Below, in pieces: positions 28,172-42,500 of a stretch of 64,000 bases of DNA. The notes below the pieces were generated by a model. It was not told the DNA's origin and searched no databases. It worked only from the letters and a program-made list of their open reading frames with translations. Positions within the stretch are counted from its first letter, which is position 1; every line of letters starts with the position of its first letter. The DNA comes from Octopus vulgaris (taxonomy: Eukaryota): contig OX597815.1 in the NCBI GenBank assembly GCA_951406725.2, positions 112,964,001 through 113,028,000 of the forward strand, written 5' to 3'. A program made the position numbers and the translations under genes.

Positions 28172-29536
28172 TGTGTCTGTCTGTCTGTATGTGTGTGTGT
28201 GTGTGTGTGTGTGAGTGTGAGTGTGTGTGTGTGCTGTGTGATGTGTGAGTGCTAAATCTAATAAGATAGTAATTTCTGTTATTTTTATCACTGATATCAG
28301 CATTGTTTTTCTATTAGCTTTAATATTGTCTTCGATATTCTTTTTCACTCATTAAAACCATTTTACCTGTTATGCTTCGTGTGAAACAAAACAAGACAAA
28401 TTATTCTTATTTACTTATTTAGATATTTCGCAATATATTATATACTGTACTGTACTGGAGCGCACTATTCTGTATTACATCACACTGCACTTTGCTACAT
28501 CACACTATACTCTCTTGCGCTACTCTGCTTTCACAAAATTGGAGGATTCCCACAATTTGTTAAATATTGATTTCTCATACTGCCGCAAGACTACGCATTA
28601 CCTTTTAAAAGAAGGATATAGTCTACTGAATCGGTGATCCAAGTACATGAATAGGACGTCGATTTTATTTTTATTTATTTGTCTATTTATTTACTGATTT
28701 TAGACTGTTTCTGTGATGGAGCATCACCTTCAAGCCTTTTAATCGATTATACCAACTTCCGTACTTTGTTTGGCACTTATTTTATATCTGTTTACTAATA
28801 GATTTACTAAGTTCTCTTTCGGCATCAACGGATGTATCTTGCACGAAATATATACGCTGTAGTTTTGATTTCTTACCATAATACGAACATATATAAAAGA
28901 GCACATGGAAATTTGAGAGGAACAGAATAAACATAAATGGATCTTTAAGGTGCAGCTTATATACAGCTGAGAAATGAATAAACTTGAATAATGTGAAGAA
29001 ATTCAATAATTATCTAAAAGTAATATTGGAAAGCTTCTACGAAATGCCACTACTTCCACAATTACCGACTAAGATTTTGATAATACATACCAGGACCGGA
29101 TTAAGGAGACATGCAATGTCTTAACTTACGTACCCTCTTTATTAATTTGTTTCACCATTTATTATTTCAGCAATATTCTAAGCATTGTTCTCTTGCTCTC
29201 TTCCGATATAACTTTTTTTATGACTGCCTCCATTTTTCTTGCTATTTACAGGTAATTTCAAAACGTATTGCTAAACGTTTTCTGCTAATATTTTCTAATT
29301 AAATTTGTAAAATGTAAGAGAAACTACACACCTCAGCCAAGAGGGTTTAGCAGAAGTGTCTCCCTTGCGATATCTCAGAGTCATGATGCATAACAGGAAA
29401 ACAATCTTATTTCCTGCAATTTCATGACTTAAAGCACTTTGTAGAATCTTACTATTCTTATAGCAACAAATGAGTGACTCGTTTATGCAAGTGTATCAGG
29501 AAAACTATAGCTAAAGATATTGGACTCTACATTCAT

Positions 29537-29570
<34 letters not shown>

Positions 29571-29571
29571 T

Positions 29572-29607
<36 letters not shown>

Positions 29608-30131
29608 TCTACAGTGGTATTGAGTACAGTCAGACAGCAGAGTGTGTAATTCTTCAAATTATACCCAACCGTTTTGAAAATGAGAAAGGACGCCTTGGGT
29701 TATGTAATACTGGATACGTATGGAAAAAAATCTCGATAGGGTTCTTTCTATCTTGGTATGCCTTTTATCATAAGTCTACTCGATCGAGCCTCACGTGGAG
29801 CTAATGAAGAACAATAACAAGTGGTTCTTAACTGGAGAACAAAACTTCACACAGCAAATGGAAACTTTCGCTTTCTGAGACAATTACTTCTTGCCTTACG
29901 GTACTTTTCAAATTTGGTTTAATGGCCTTTTTCTTGTATTGACACAAGATAAGTTATGCACGGAAGACATGAGAAGGCGATATAAAAGCCAGTGGTCTTC
30001 GAAAGATGTCTCTGACGTCGTTTATTTTGCACGCAGTTAAAGCAACGCTTTGTCACACTCGCCCGTCAGAAATGTAGCAACAAGTAACTGTACCGTTGGT
30101 AAACTATCATCATAGACGCTGAAGCTTGGTA

Positions 30132-30560
30132 GGCGTAGGCATGGCTGTGTGGCAAGAAGCTCCCTCGTTTCCTAATAACACAGTACTGGGTTCAGTCCCA
30201 ATGCGTGGCATCTTGTGCGAGTGTCTTTTATTATAGCCTCAGACTGACCATAGTCTTGTGGGTGGATTTGATAGGTGGAATCTGAAAGAATATATGTATG
30301 TAAATGTGTATGTGGTGAGTGTGTGTGTGTCTGTGTGTGCGTGCGTGTGTTTGTGTGTGTCTGTTTGTCCGCCACCACAGCTTGACAACCGGTGTACGTT
30401 TGTTACATCCTCGTAATTTAGCGGTCCAGCAAGACACACCGATAGGCGTTAAAAACATAAGTACTGGGGGTCGATCTGTTCAACTAAAACTTCTTCAAAG
30501 TGGTCCCTCAGCATGGCTGCAATCTAGTGACTGAAACAAGTAAGAGAATAAAGGAAGAGA
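30132..30560 (+). mobile_element. tRNA-derived SINE (family B, internal GT microsatellite)
   Basis: Head GGCGTAGGCATGGCTGTGTGG...GGGTTCAGTCCC; 3' CAGCATGGCTGCA...GACTGAAACAAGTAA shared with other copies. Confidence 0.8.
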
Positions 30561-30574
30561 AGAATTCTGTCATT

Positions 30575-30795
30575 CTTTTATTCTTTTACTTGTTTCAGTT
30601 ATTAGATTGCTGCTATGCTGGGACACCGTTCGAATTTTTTAGTCGAATCAATCGAATTCAGTACTAATTTTTTAAGCCTGGTACTTATTCTATCGGTCTC
30701 TTTTGCCGAAGCACCAAGTTACAGGGACACAAACACACCGGCACCGGTCGTTAAGTGATGGTAGGAGACAAACACAGACATAAAGACACACACAT
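30575..30795 (-). mobile_element. SINE family B 3' half
   Basis: TTTTACTTGTTTCAGT...GGTACTTATTCTATCGGTCTCTTTTGCCG. Confidence 0.75.
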
Positions 30796-30821
30796 AAATA
30801 TATATATATATATATATATAA

Positions 30822-31660
30822 GAAATTAAAAAAGGAAAATACGCACACTTACATAGTTTTAATATAATTTTTAATATATCGACCGGTTTCGCTATCGCTA
30901 TTCATAATATTATGTTTTACTTAATTGAATATATATTTTTTCTTAAGAAGAAATTTTGTCCATGTTGTGTGTGATGAAATTCACGAGTGAATGACTTCAC
31001 AAGTAGATATATAAAGGGAGGTATTTGGTTGTCGCTATTATTGTTATTGTTGTGAGTAAGGGAGATAACTGTTCAGCTTTCGGTAATGGGTGGGTATTAT
31101 ATATGTGTACAGACAGAGACAAGTTTCAAAAACCTTGTTTAGGAGGGGATTTATGTACAGTAATGTAATCGTGAATTGAAATATGTAAAAGGATAAAAGT
31201 TGGTTATGCGTGCATATTAAGACGTGTTTTGTATTTTTCTATGAAAAAAGTTTCTTTATTTAAACGTTCTAGTTGAGAGATTGCGTCTTTGCACTGATAG
31301 AAAGGGAAGACTGTGAAATGTGGTTTGATGTTACCTGCACATTTTTCTATATGTTCACTGAGAGGAATTTGTCTGTATTGCGGGAAACGGATTTGCTCTT
31401 TATGTAGAGTGGTTCTCTTTCTCAAGTTCATACTCGTTTGTCCAATATAGTGGTGTCCGCAACCCGACCAGGTTATTACATAAATTAGGTTCTCAGAGAC
31501 ACAAGTGAAACTAGTTTTAATTGTGAACCTCTGTCCTTGTTTGAAAAGGAAATCCGAGCCTTCAAGCAGGTTGGGGCAGGTTCCACAGTTTGGGCGTCCG
31601 CATTTTTCAACAGTTGGTTTCGTGGTTATTTTGTAAAGCTTCGCATTTGTCAGTAGTCTC
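30822..31660 (-). mobile_element. Penelope-like element (Neptune-type) 3' fragment: Cys-rich linker, GIY-YIG endonuclease and pLTR
   Basis: Minus-strand frame KCGRPNCGTCPNL...FTCVSENLIYVITWSGCGHHYIGQTSMNLRKRTTLHKEQI...LSEHIEKC...RLNKETFFIEKYKTRLN* (stop at 31204); ends at (TA)n. Confidence 0.9.
30876..30910 (-). ncRNA. minimal type-I hammerhead, A3-U8 core variant
   Basis: Minus strand: ATATT-ATGAATA-GC GATA GC-GAAA-CCGG-TC-GATAT, downstream of the PLE ORF in the same orientation. Confidence 0.6.
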
Positions 31661-32005
31661 TTTAGCGATTTGTCTTGTTTTTTGCATTATTGTTTAATCT
31701 TCTTGCGTCCAGTTCTTCCTGAGTGAGACTGGCTGCTCTTCGCCTTTGTCGCTCTCTGGCTAACCACTGCGTTCTGTCTGATTCATTCTCCAGAGCAGAT
31801 GGATGATTAAATTGAATAGAACGGAACGCAAACTTCAAAACTAATGAATATATTTGTGTGTGTTTGTGTGTGTACGTCAGTTTGTTTATATTTTTATACT
31901 TAACCATACAAAGTCCAAAATTACACAGGATTATATTAACGGCATACCAACAGCGACTTATTTTTTCCACCAATGTCTACGCGTTCCCTCTCTCCCACCC
32001 CTCTC

Positions 32006-32040
<35 letters not shown>

Positions 32041-33104
32041 TTCTTCTTTACCGCATGAAACGGAAAAAAGATCTTGAAGACAAACTTCACCGCTTTGACA
32101 AAATTCTTCTTTCATAAATATTTGTTAACATCACTGTATCGACAGGTATTTGTATATATTATTAATTACCTTCCTTTTGTATTTAGCTTTCTTTAAACAG
32201 ACTATATTATCAAGCTCTCTTTGAATAGACAATATTTTAATCTTATGACTTAAAAATTACTACTTATTTACTTATATTTTAATATTCTATTAACTTTGCA
32301 ACTTTTTAAGCAGAAAAATATTCCAGAACAGTCAAACATCAATAGAGATTCAGAAAAAATAATTTGCGGTGCAAAAATCTTATTTACTTATCTTATAATT
32401 GCTATTAGTGTTTACCAGAGAAAAAATCAGCGTTCATAGAATAAAAATGAAAATGTTGTTGTTGAGAGAGAGGAAGAGAAAGAGAGAGTGAGTAAAAGAG
32501 AGAGTGAGAGAGGGTGTGTGTGCGCGTCTGTGGATAGATAGAGAAAGTGAGAGAAAGAGAGAGAGGCAGTGTTCATCAATAAAGTGAAAAGGTTTTTGTT
32601 GAGAGAGTGAGCGAGAGGCGCTGTTTGATACCACTTCCTCTTTCATTGTTATTACCATTTTGTCTCTTCTCTTTCTTTTACTCTTACTAGTTTTGTTACT
32701 CTCTTATTGCCTGATTTTAGACAAACTTACGAACAAGCCCATTATTATAATAGATTATTTAATTGAACGCGGCACATCTATTTCGTAGTAAGTTTATCTT
32801 CACCTTTTTAATGCGACTCTCTACACTGTAATTTTTCTTCCTCCATCCTTCTCTAATCCCTTTTCCCCTCCCTCATTTACCGTTTTCTATCTGTCTCTCC
32901 CCCTCCATCTATTTTTCTTTCTCTCTTTCTCGTTGATCACACGTGAGCATCGACCATCTTTCTTTCCTTCATGTGACCATTTTTCTTTACCTGTATGGGC
33001 ATTTAAAAGAACGGATGTGTTTCTCTCTCTTTCTCCCTCTCTCCCTCTCTCCCTCTCTCTCTCCCTCTCTCCCTCTCTCTCTCTCTCTCTTCTATCTTTT
33101 CTCC

Positions 33105-33302
33105 TTTCAAAAAATTTTTATTTTAGAATTTATGGGAGCAACTGTCTTTGAAGACTCATATTGTCTTGAATGCTCGAAATGAGGAATAGATAGACAGCCG
33201 ATAACTGATGAAGAGTCCTTTCTCTGTGTTTACTTCTGTTTTTCCATTTTTCTCGTTGTTTACGTATTTCATGTTATTTGCTCCGTTGGTGACGTCCTGT
33301 AC

Positions 33303-33305
<3 letters not shown>
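33105..33305 (-). repeat. copy of unclassified (TA)n-associated repeat (homologous to 58612-58830)
   Basis: Shared GACGTCACCAAC...TCAG.TATCGGCTGTCTATCTA.TCCTCATTTCG...CAATATGAGTCTTC in opposite orientation. Confidence 0.75.
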
Positions 33306-33341
<36 letters not shown>

Positions 33342-33683
33342 TTATATATATATATATACATATATACATATGGATGTACGGATGAATGTATGTGTGTATA
33401 TACGTGAGTATGCCTTGTTTACATACAGATTTTCTTAACTTTAATTACAACTTATAACTGTACTTTACATCCATATCTTATTTATATTAATATTCCCTCT
33501 TATATCTCTATTCAATTCATCCATCTATAACTATAATTCTATTTCCGTACTCCATCTTACTTCCAACTAGCCTGTGAACCCCTCACCTGTACACATAAAA
33601 ATACAAATCATAAATAGTATAATTCAGTCCGCAATAATGAATCCATATACAAACATATAAACATTTATTGGTATATTTTTGTT

Positions 33684-33763
33684 CCCTCTGAAGATATTAT
33701 GCTCAGAAATATGAATTTGATATTTAATTAATTCACTGTGTATAATTAAAACAGCTGTAAGGG
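33684..33763 (+). ncRNA. degenerate type-I hammerhead (G12 to A), extended stem II
   Basis: CCCT-CTGAAGA-[long hairpin ATTATGC.CAG...TGAATT/AATTCA...CTG.GTATAAT]-AAAA-CAGCTG-TA-AGGG, followed by AATAAA. Confidence 0.6.
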
Positions 33764-33889
33764 ATGGTATTCGATTTGTTGTTAATAATAAACTCTTATT
33801 AACTTCACAATCTACATTTTCTTCTTTTATATGAATATAAACTACAGGTTTCTATATACATATCTATTATTTTAAGGAAATCAATTCCC

Positions 33890-34420
33890 CCCGACCCCAC
33901 TTGGAATACTGTTGCTCACTGTGGTCTCCTCACGCGAACAACTCATTATGAAAGTGGAAGCACTCCACAGGTCAATAACATAAAAGATAGACTGCATGAC
34001 AGACATTGACAATTGAAGTTGACAAAAAAAAACTCAATCTCTACTCTCTCTCCAACGCCTCCGAGAGAGCTACATCATTTCTGTGATGTGGAAAATATTC
34101 CATCAATATTGCACAAATGATGTTGACATCAGTTTTAAAATCCACCCAAAACTTGGTCCCCATGCTATTCGCCCACTACAAAAGTCGAACTCAGGACGCA
34201 TAACAACATTACGCCACAACTACTTTACCGCAACCGGTTCAGTTCTCTTTAATACCATACCAAAATACGTTAAAATACGTCAAAACGGAAACGGATCTCA
34301 TGAAATTCACTCTTTGCTATAGTGGGCCATCATGCCCTATATATGACTAAAATACTTCACCAGGTGATGCTATTAAGTAAGACATGGCCTGGGCCTTACT
34401 GGCCGAAACCTATCAAAGTT
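33890..34420 (+). mobile_element. CR1-clade LINE 3' fragment
   Basis: RPHLEYCCSLWSPH...KLNLYSL.QRLRESYIISVMWKIF...NYFTATGSVLFNTIPKYVK; frameshifted. Confidence 0.85.
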
Positions 34421-34422
34421 AT

Positions 34423-34519
<97 letters not shown>

Positions 34520-34572
34520 GTATGTATGTGTGTATGTGTATATATATGTGTATGTATGTATGTATATATATG

Positions 34573-34621
<49 letters not shown>

Positions 34622-35028
34622 CTATGTGTGTAAGTTTATATGTATGTATCCGTCTATATAATAGGTAACTGCACGTACATATACTTAATATTTTTTATTT
34701 ATTATTTATTTTTTGAGTATGTATGTATGAATAACTGCGCGTATATATATTTTACTATTTACTTATTTTTTGAGTATGCATGTAAGTATGAATATAAGGA
34801 GGCGCGTGTGTGTGTGTGTATGTGTAAGCATAGATATATGTATACTCTTACGCATGGGTGTACTTATGTGTATATATGGACGCGCGCGTGTGTGTGTGCG
34901 TGTAAGGGGACGCATGTACATGTGTATGTGTGTGTATGAGTATATGAGTATGTATGTATATGTGTGCGTATATTTGTATATGTATGTATGTATGTGTATG
35001 TGTGTGTATGAATATATATGTATATATG

Positions 35029-35067
<39 letters not shown>

Positions 35068-35296
35068 GGATATATATATGCGCGTATATATATGTATGTA
35101 TGTGGGTGTGTGTATGTGTATAAATGTATGTATGTATGGATGTATGGATGTATGTATGTATGTATACGTGTGTATGTGTATGTGTGTACATGTATGTATG
35201 TGTATGTGTGTATATATGTGTATATGTGTGTATATGTGTATATATGTGTATGTATGTGTGTGTGTATGTATATATGTGTATATATGTGTGAATATG

Positions 35297-35364
<68 letters not shown>

Positions 35365-35785
35365 TGTATGTATTTGTATGTAGGTGTACGTGTATGTGTG
35401 TGTATTTATATTTATTGGTGTATATGTATAGACTAGCCTTCTAAGAGTGTAGACATGAATCTGTAGGTACGCGTACGTATGTGTATATACGTGAATGTAT
35501 GTAGATGTATGTATGAATATAACGCGTGCGTGCGTGTATGTGTATGAGTGTACGAATGAGTGAGTGTACGTGCTAAAGAGTGTGCGTGAGTGAATGAGTG
35601 CTTGTTTTCCAGTAGACAGATAAATGGACTGGCTGTCATAGCCAAGATGTTTGTGACCAAGCGGCCAAAGATAACAAAAGTAATAAACGAAGATAATAAA
35701 ATTAAAATTAGGGAATGGGTCTGTATTTGTATGTGTATATATATATATATGTGTGTATGTGTAGATATGCATGGGTACACATGTG

Positions 35786-35838
<53 letters not shown>

Positions 35839-36267
35839 ATGTATATGTATGTGTGTGTATGTATATATATATATATATATGTGTGTGTATGTGTATATAT
35901 GTGTATATAGGGACTAGTGTGCTGGGTGTGCATGTGTGTGTGTGGATTTGTGTGTGTATGCGTGTATGTGAGTATGTGTGTGTATGTGTATATATATTTT
36001 TCTGTGTGTATATGTATGTGTTGTCGTGTGTGTGTATATATACATGTGTGTATACGTGTATGCATGTGAGTGTGTGTATGTATACATATATGTGTATGTG
36101 TAGATATGTATATGTATGTGTAAGTGTATATATATGTATATATATATATGTGTGTGTATGTATGTGTGTATGTATATGTATATGTTTGTATGCGTGTGTA
36201 TATATGTATACATATGTGCATAGGTATAAGTGAGAATCTCCTTATTTACCTAAAACTCTATCCCCCT

Positions 36268-36315
<48 letters not shown>

Positions 36316-36538
36316 TTTTTTTATTTTTTATTTATTCTTCTATCTAATTTAACACTGACTCCTTGACCACTCCCCCAAGTATGATATTTTGCGCTATGCC
36401 TACCCCCAAAAGTCCCCCACCAACACCCCTTTAAACCTGCCTAAATGTATAAATGCCAATACAATTCTTGTTAACTAGCTTCCTGAAGATTTCTCTTGAA
36501 TGAAACAGTTCTAGTCCTGTAGAAGCTCCTTCTATATA

Positions 36539-36852
<314 letters not shown>

Positions 36853-37192
36853 CGGTTCCCTAACATGGCTGTAGTCTAATGACAAGAACAAGTAAAAGAT
36901 AAAAGATATATAAAGGAATAAAAGATCACAAAAGCACTAAGGCCTAATGATTTTTGTTTTTTTTTAAACTTTATGTTAATTGAATATGTTGGTTGGTGAA
37001 TGATGAGGAATGGTTTCATAAAATAGGCCTCGCTAAAATTATGACGTAGTTGATATTGTGATTACAGAGATAGGATACAATATAATACGATACTGAAGAT
37101 TATAGTGTCATCTGATATTTTACTGATAATGATTTTCATTTAGTTTTAATGTCTTATTAGTGATTCGGTTTATAATGTGGAGTCACGGAAAC

Positions 37193-37272
<80 letters not shown>
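37193..37272. repeat. (TAG)n microsatellite
   Basis: Direct reading. Confidence 0.98.
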
Positions 37273-37607
37273 TGTTGTTATTCCAGTCATTTTCAATTTG
37301 GCTTTGATTTTAGTCCCTTTGTTCTGATTTGTATTTTGTGTGCGTCATAAGCCTGCATTTTCCGATATAATCACAGTGAAACCGATCACGTAGAGGCTTT
37401 ATACATTAACTATCCTCGCCTGAGAAATATTTATATAGGCATATGTACATATGTGTTTTTTAGTATGTGTACTTTGTATATTGGGAGTATTATATACAGT
37501 AAATTACTTTCTCACGGGTTCAATTATGTCTCAAACATATTTGAACTGGTACAAGTTTGTAGAGAGTACTGTGATGTGTTTGTATGGAACAGTTTCAAAG
37601 AAGAGTA

Positions 37608-38796
37608 AAATTACTTGCTTTGATGCCCATCCATTTTCAGCTTGAGTGTAGCGACTAATATAGCTATAGAATCTCCTGTCATTGATAAAATCATTGTCTC
37701 CCAATCAGCCATAAATAATTCAAGCTCTTTAATGAGAAGAGACAAAACGTTAGTTATGCATTGCAAGATAAAATATCACAATAACTCAGTGCAAAAGGGT
37801 AGTCGGAGTAAACCAGACTAACCACCAAAGCACCATGCAATTTCAGTATCACTAAGTTCTGACTACTCAATAGCAGATACCTCTGAAATGCCATCAACAT
37901 ATGGGATCGAAATGAACTGCTTAAAGCTAAGTAAGGCCGGCACACTCGACGTATACACTAATTCAGATTCAAAAATAAATTAAATTCAACCATTCTATCT
38001 GACTATATCCTAAAAAGGAAGGAGAATCAAATTGACAATGTCCTCATAACTTTGACCATATTTCAGTTTACACATCTTACTTTAATAAATCCAGGCGATG
38101 TGACTCACGCCCAGCTGAAAATTATGATATTTCGGTACAACCTCTTAAACTGTTAAATGAAAACAACATGTGCTGTCAAAATGCATGCTCGAGAACAAGT
38201 ATCAATTGAAACATTCTATGTCCACATAAGTTTTGCATACTTGAAACAATCAGCCATGTATAACTCATGTAGACATTGTTGTAATTATTCCATCATACGG
38301 TATCCATCCGCAACATCTTGTAAAAACCTTTGTCGATTGATCAAACAGACTCAACTTTGATTTCGCTTTACTGCAGAAACATGTCCCGTTTAATATAGAT
38401 AAGATTTTCTCCTAAGCATCTAAATAAGTTTTATGAAATTAATTCTTAATTTCTTGAAATTACTTCTCCAATTTCTTTTGAGAGTCACTCACAGGAGCCG
38501 TTAGATTTTCGTTTCTTTTCCCTGAGTGAAAAATCTCAATTAATTGAGAATATTTTTGCACACGTCATACATTTATCAACCTTTATCTAAATTCATGTCA
38601 TTGGCTCGGGGGAAATTACCTGCTTTGATATCCATCCATTTTCAGCTTGAGTGTAGCGACTAATATAGCTAAAGAATCTCCTGTCATTGATAAAAGCATT
38701 GTCTCGCTATCAGCCGTAAATAATTGAAACTCTTTAATGAGAAGAGACAAAACGTTAGTTATGCATTGCAAGATAAAATATCGCAATAACTCAGTG
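37608..38796. repeat. pair of 184-bp direct repeats (37608-37791 and 38613-38796), 1005 bp apart
   Basis: CATCCATTTTCAGCTTGAGTGTAGCGACTAATATAGCTA...CAATAACTCAGTG occurs twice with few substitutions. Confidence 0.9.
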
Positions 38797-38970
38797 TTGT
38801 TGAGAGAGGTTACTGGTTAGAGTGCCCTCCTCATTATCTTATTATCTGGTTCAGTTTCTAGACATTGCAATAAGACATTTAGCAAGATATTTCAATTCAC
38901 GTTGTCCCAGTTTACTCAGATATAAATTTGCACTACCCTGAAGCAGCCTCTTTCTCTTTCTCTCTCTTTT

Positions 38971-39004
<34 letters not shown>

Positions 39005-42000
39005 TCAGTTACAAAATTCTGGATGTCCTGCTGAGTCAAAGATGAGAAGGTTGAGTGAGTGTCTATAACTGCTCCTGTTCTACATAAGCCCCCAAAACAA
39101 ATTTTGAAAGCATGGTGCATGTAACCAAGCCATATTCACAGCTAGCGGCTGTTTGTAATGTCATTGGCTCACTTAAATAAGAAGATTTAGTTTATTTTAT
39201 ATTTTAATTATACAAATTTCCACTTAATAAAATCCTTTGTGACTCTTCTATATATAAATGGTTTTGTCGATCGATCGAGCTTCAGTGCACTTACTGAGGA
39301 AGGCCAACTAGACTCGAATACATCTGGAACTCTCTCTTTGCCTGCTAAGAAACATCAAAATTTCCCCTAAACTTGGAAATTGATTTCGTGAAAATGCGTA
39401 TTACTTGAAATTATCTCCCCTTGTCTTTGAGATTTCCTAGAAATAACAGCTAGGATTTTCTTATTTTCCTCTAAGGAAAGTAAAAGAAAACTTTGAGTTC
39501 ACAGAAGACTTTTATGTGTATCTCATTTATTTACATTAACCCTCAAATCACATTCTTCCAGAAACCTATTTCATATTCCAAACACACTAAGAGTATAGGT
39601 TTCTATATGCTTTACGCTATCATTCTCAATAATAACATCTTACCGAAAGGTGACCAAAGAAAAATAAGATAAATGGTAATCTGATCGTATTCTTCAGCAC
39701 CAGTTAATTCATTCTTCTTTTTGTTACCTTGTCGAATGCATACAAGCGAGTAACTAGTTTCAAACCAATATATATATATAATTCTGATCTTTCTGCCTTT
39801 ACTGTCCCCACCTTTCTCTCTCTCTCTATCTATCTATCGCTATCTCTCACACACAAACACACACACATACACAAACACCATTTCTATTTCTTCAGTTTCC
39901 ATATTCACATTCACAAATGCATTCATTGGTATGACTACGTATCTGCATAATTGTGTGAGTCGATGAGAACGTATGAGTGCGTTCATGCATAATATGACGA
40001 TTGTAAATATACAAGGACAGCTTTATTAAATCTACATTAACAAATGATATAGTTGTGCACATCAAATCTTTTCTTTCATATAAACCAAATCATTCATGAA
40101 TTGGTTACTATATAATATAGTAACCAATACACAATAGACTTTATCCATTTATCTCCATAAATAGCCGCTATTTTCTCATACAGCTATAAAGAAAAGCAGG
40201 AATCGATGGATCATTGTTTTGTATTTACACAGTATTTTATTTGTTTGCTTATTTTGTTGTTGTTGTTGTTTTTTCAGCCAGTCAAAATAACTTTGGCAAC
40301 TGATGACTTAATTTTGGGGATATACGCTTGTTGAGATGCCTTTGTATGTTTGGGAAGGTTATTTTACTAATAAAACACATGCATTGGTTCATTTACTAAG
40401 CCCTTTTAAGCGGTGTCCCATCATGGCTGCAGTCCAATGACTGAAACTAGTAAAAGATCATTAGCATCATCATCACTATCATCATCAAATAATCAATCAG
40501 ACAGTCAAACTATCATTTGTTAATTAGTGAACTAAGTCAAATAGAATCAATGTGTGTGATTTTATTGGTAAAATGACCCTCCAAAGATGCAGCAATATTC
40601 GTTTCAATACAAGATTTTACATCAAGGATCTTATAAAACAAATACAAAATCTTTTGTTTTGATACGTCTTATATATAAATAAATAATAAATAACGAATAA
40701 GTGATAAATAAGTCATAAACGACGGAATTAAGTAACTAGCGGGACTCGTGTATAAATCTTTTTATTTCTATTTTAGTGTATAAATTTATAGATGTTCATG
40801 TTATTTTATTATTTGTTATTAAGTTAAAGATCTTGGTTCTGTCCTTCAAACTGCCAATTGGCAGAGTAAAAGTATTAGAATGCTTCGAAATATTTTTTCC
40901 AATTCTCTTCGCTATGATTTCAGATCATGCTGAGGTAAATTTTTCCTTTCTTCCTTTCGAGTTCAACCAAAAGAAAAGTAGCAAATTTAAGGTGATGGAT
41001 TAGTGGAATTGTTAAAGGTCAGGGAAAGATGTCTTGCGGTATCTTCTCCGTCTTCACGTTCTAAGAGCAACGTCAGTGAAAACTCTGGTGCCAAGCTGCA
41101 TCAGCCCAAGTCGGCGGCTTTTCCCATGCATAAACATCGGTCTCGTAGAGACGGGAAACTTTGAATTAGTATCAACTTCTATTCTTTCTCAAAAATCTGA
41201 CCCAAATCTGCTCATGTATGAGGAGAGGCATGATCAAGCTTGACCGACAGAGGCCCTGAAAATAATATGCACTCATTTATTTCCTAAATTAAGTGTAAAA
41301 CTGGAGCTTGTCATGGATTTTGTTTCACAGTCAATGTTGTTAAAAACGTGAAAATGGGAAACATTTTGAAAAGATAAATAATAATAGTAATCTCACCGTG
41401 GACAACTTTGCCTTTCATCATTTCGGAACCGATAAACAGAATGCCAGTTCAAAGCAGTGGATTGAACAAAGCAGTCTATCAATGTTAGAGTATCACATTG
41501 AATGTTTTCCTGCAGTATCTGTTCTGACTCCTTACGTTCTGAGTACAACTTCGCAATCATACTAGAACGCCATTATTCGCAAGATTATTACAAGTACAAT
41601 ACGAGAAAAGAAACAGCTTATAAAACTCCAATGAACTTATAAAAACTAATGTGAATTAATAATAATCCTTTCTACTGGCGGCACAAGGCCTCAAATTTGG
41701 GGTGAGGGGACTAGTCGATTACATCGACCTCAGTACACAACTGGTACCGTCCACCAACTTCTGTAACAATAAGTAAATATAGAAAATGAAGATACAGCAA
41801 TGTGATCGTTTGGTTTGCCGGAAAAAAACATCCAGAACACTTTTAAATCATACCCTACCGTTTTAAACAGAGAGGGAAGATCGATTTTTCTCTCTCCAAT
41901 TAAAATATTTAATATAACCATTATTCAATTTATTAGGATGTGTATCTGTGTTTAATTATATTTTCTAACATTCAGAATTCCAATCGTGCACACACTGACT

Positions 42001-42084
42001 TTCACGTTCGCCCTCCTGAGTTGATGAAATATCTTGCATGGTGATTGTTGCCTCTGTTAGAAATAGACAGCAGAGTGTGTGTGT

Positions 42085-42149
<65 letters not shown>

Positions 42150-42155
<6 letters not shown>

Positions 42156-42500
42156 GAAGATCCTCAAAATTTTGCTGGACATTTTTGCATTGAATGAAAA
42201 ATACCAGGTCCATAGGAGATAGGTGTCCAGATCTCAGCACCCACAGCCGAAATACGAAATACAACAGGAAGGAATATTGCAACAGTTTAGCTATAAATCT
42301 CGAATGGATTACAAAAAATTACTAACGTTGTCCCCGAAACTCCTAAAAAGCATCTAAATGCATCTCATTCCAGCATACCAGACCAGAAATCTGCAAAAGT
42401 TGTAGCCAAAGTAGAGTAGCCTCCAGAAAACCATTGATCCTTCAATTAGAGATCCTATGTACATCGATAGACTCAACAGCTTGAATCCGATGATGTATGA
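42150..42500 (+). mobile_element. highly decayed CR1-like LINE fragment
   Basis: PSIRDPMYIDRLNSLN resembles the CR1 IP..R.L.YEERL..LNL motif. Confidence 0.4.
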
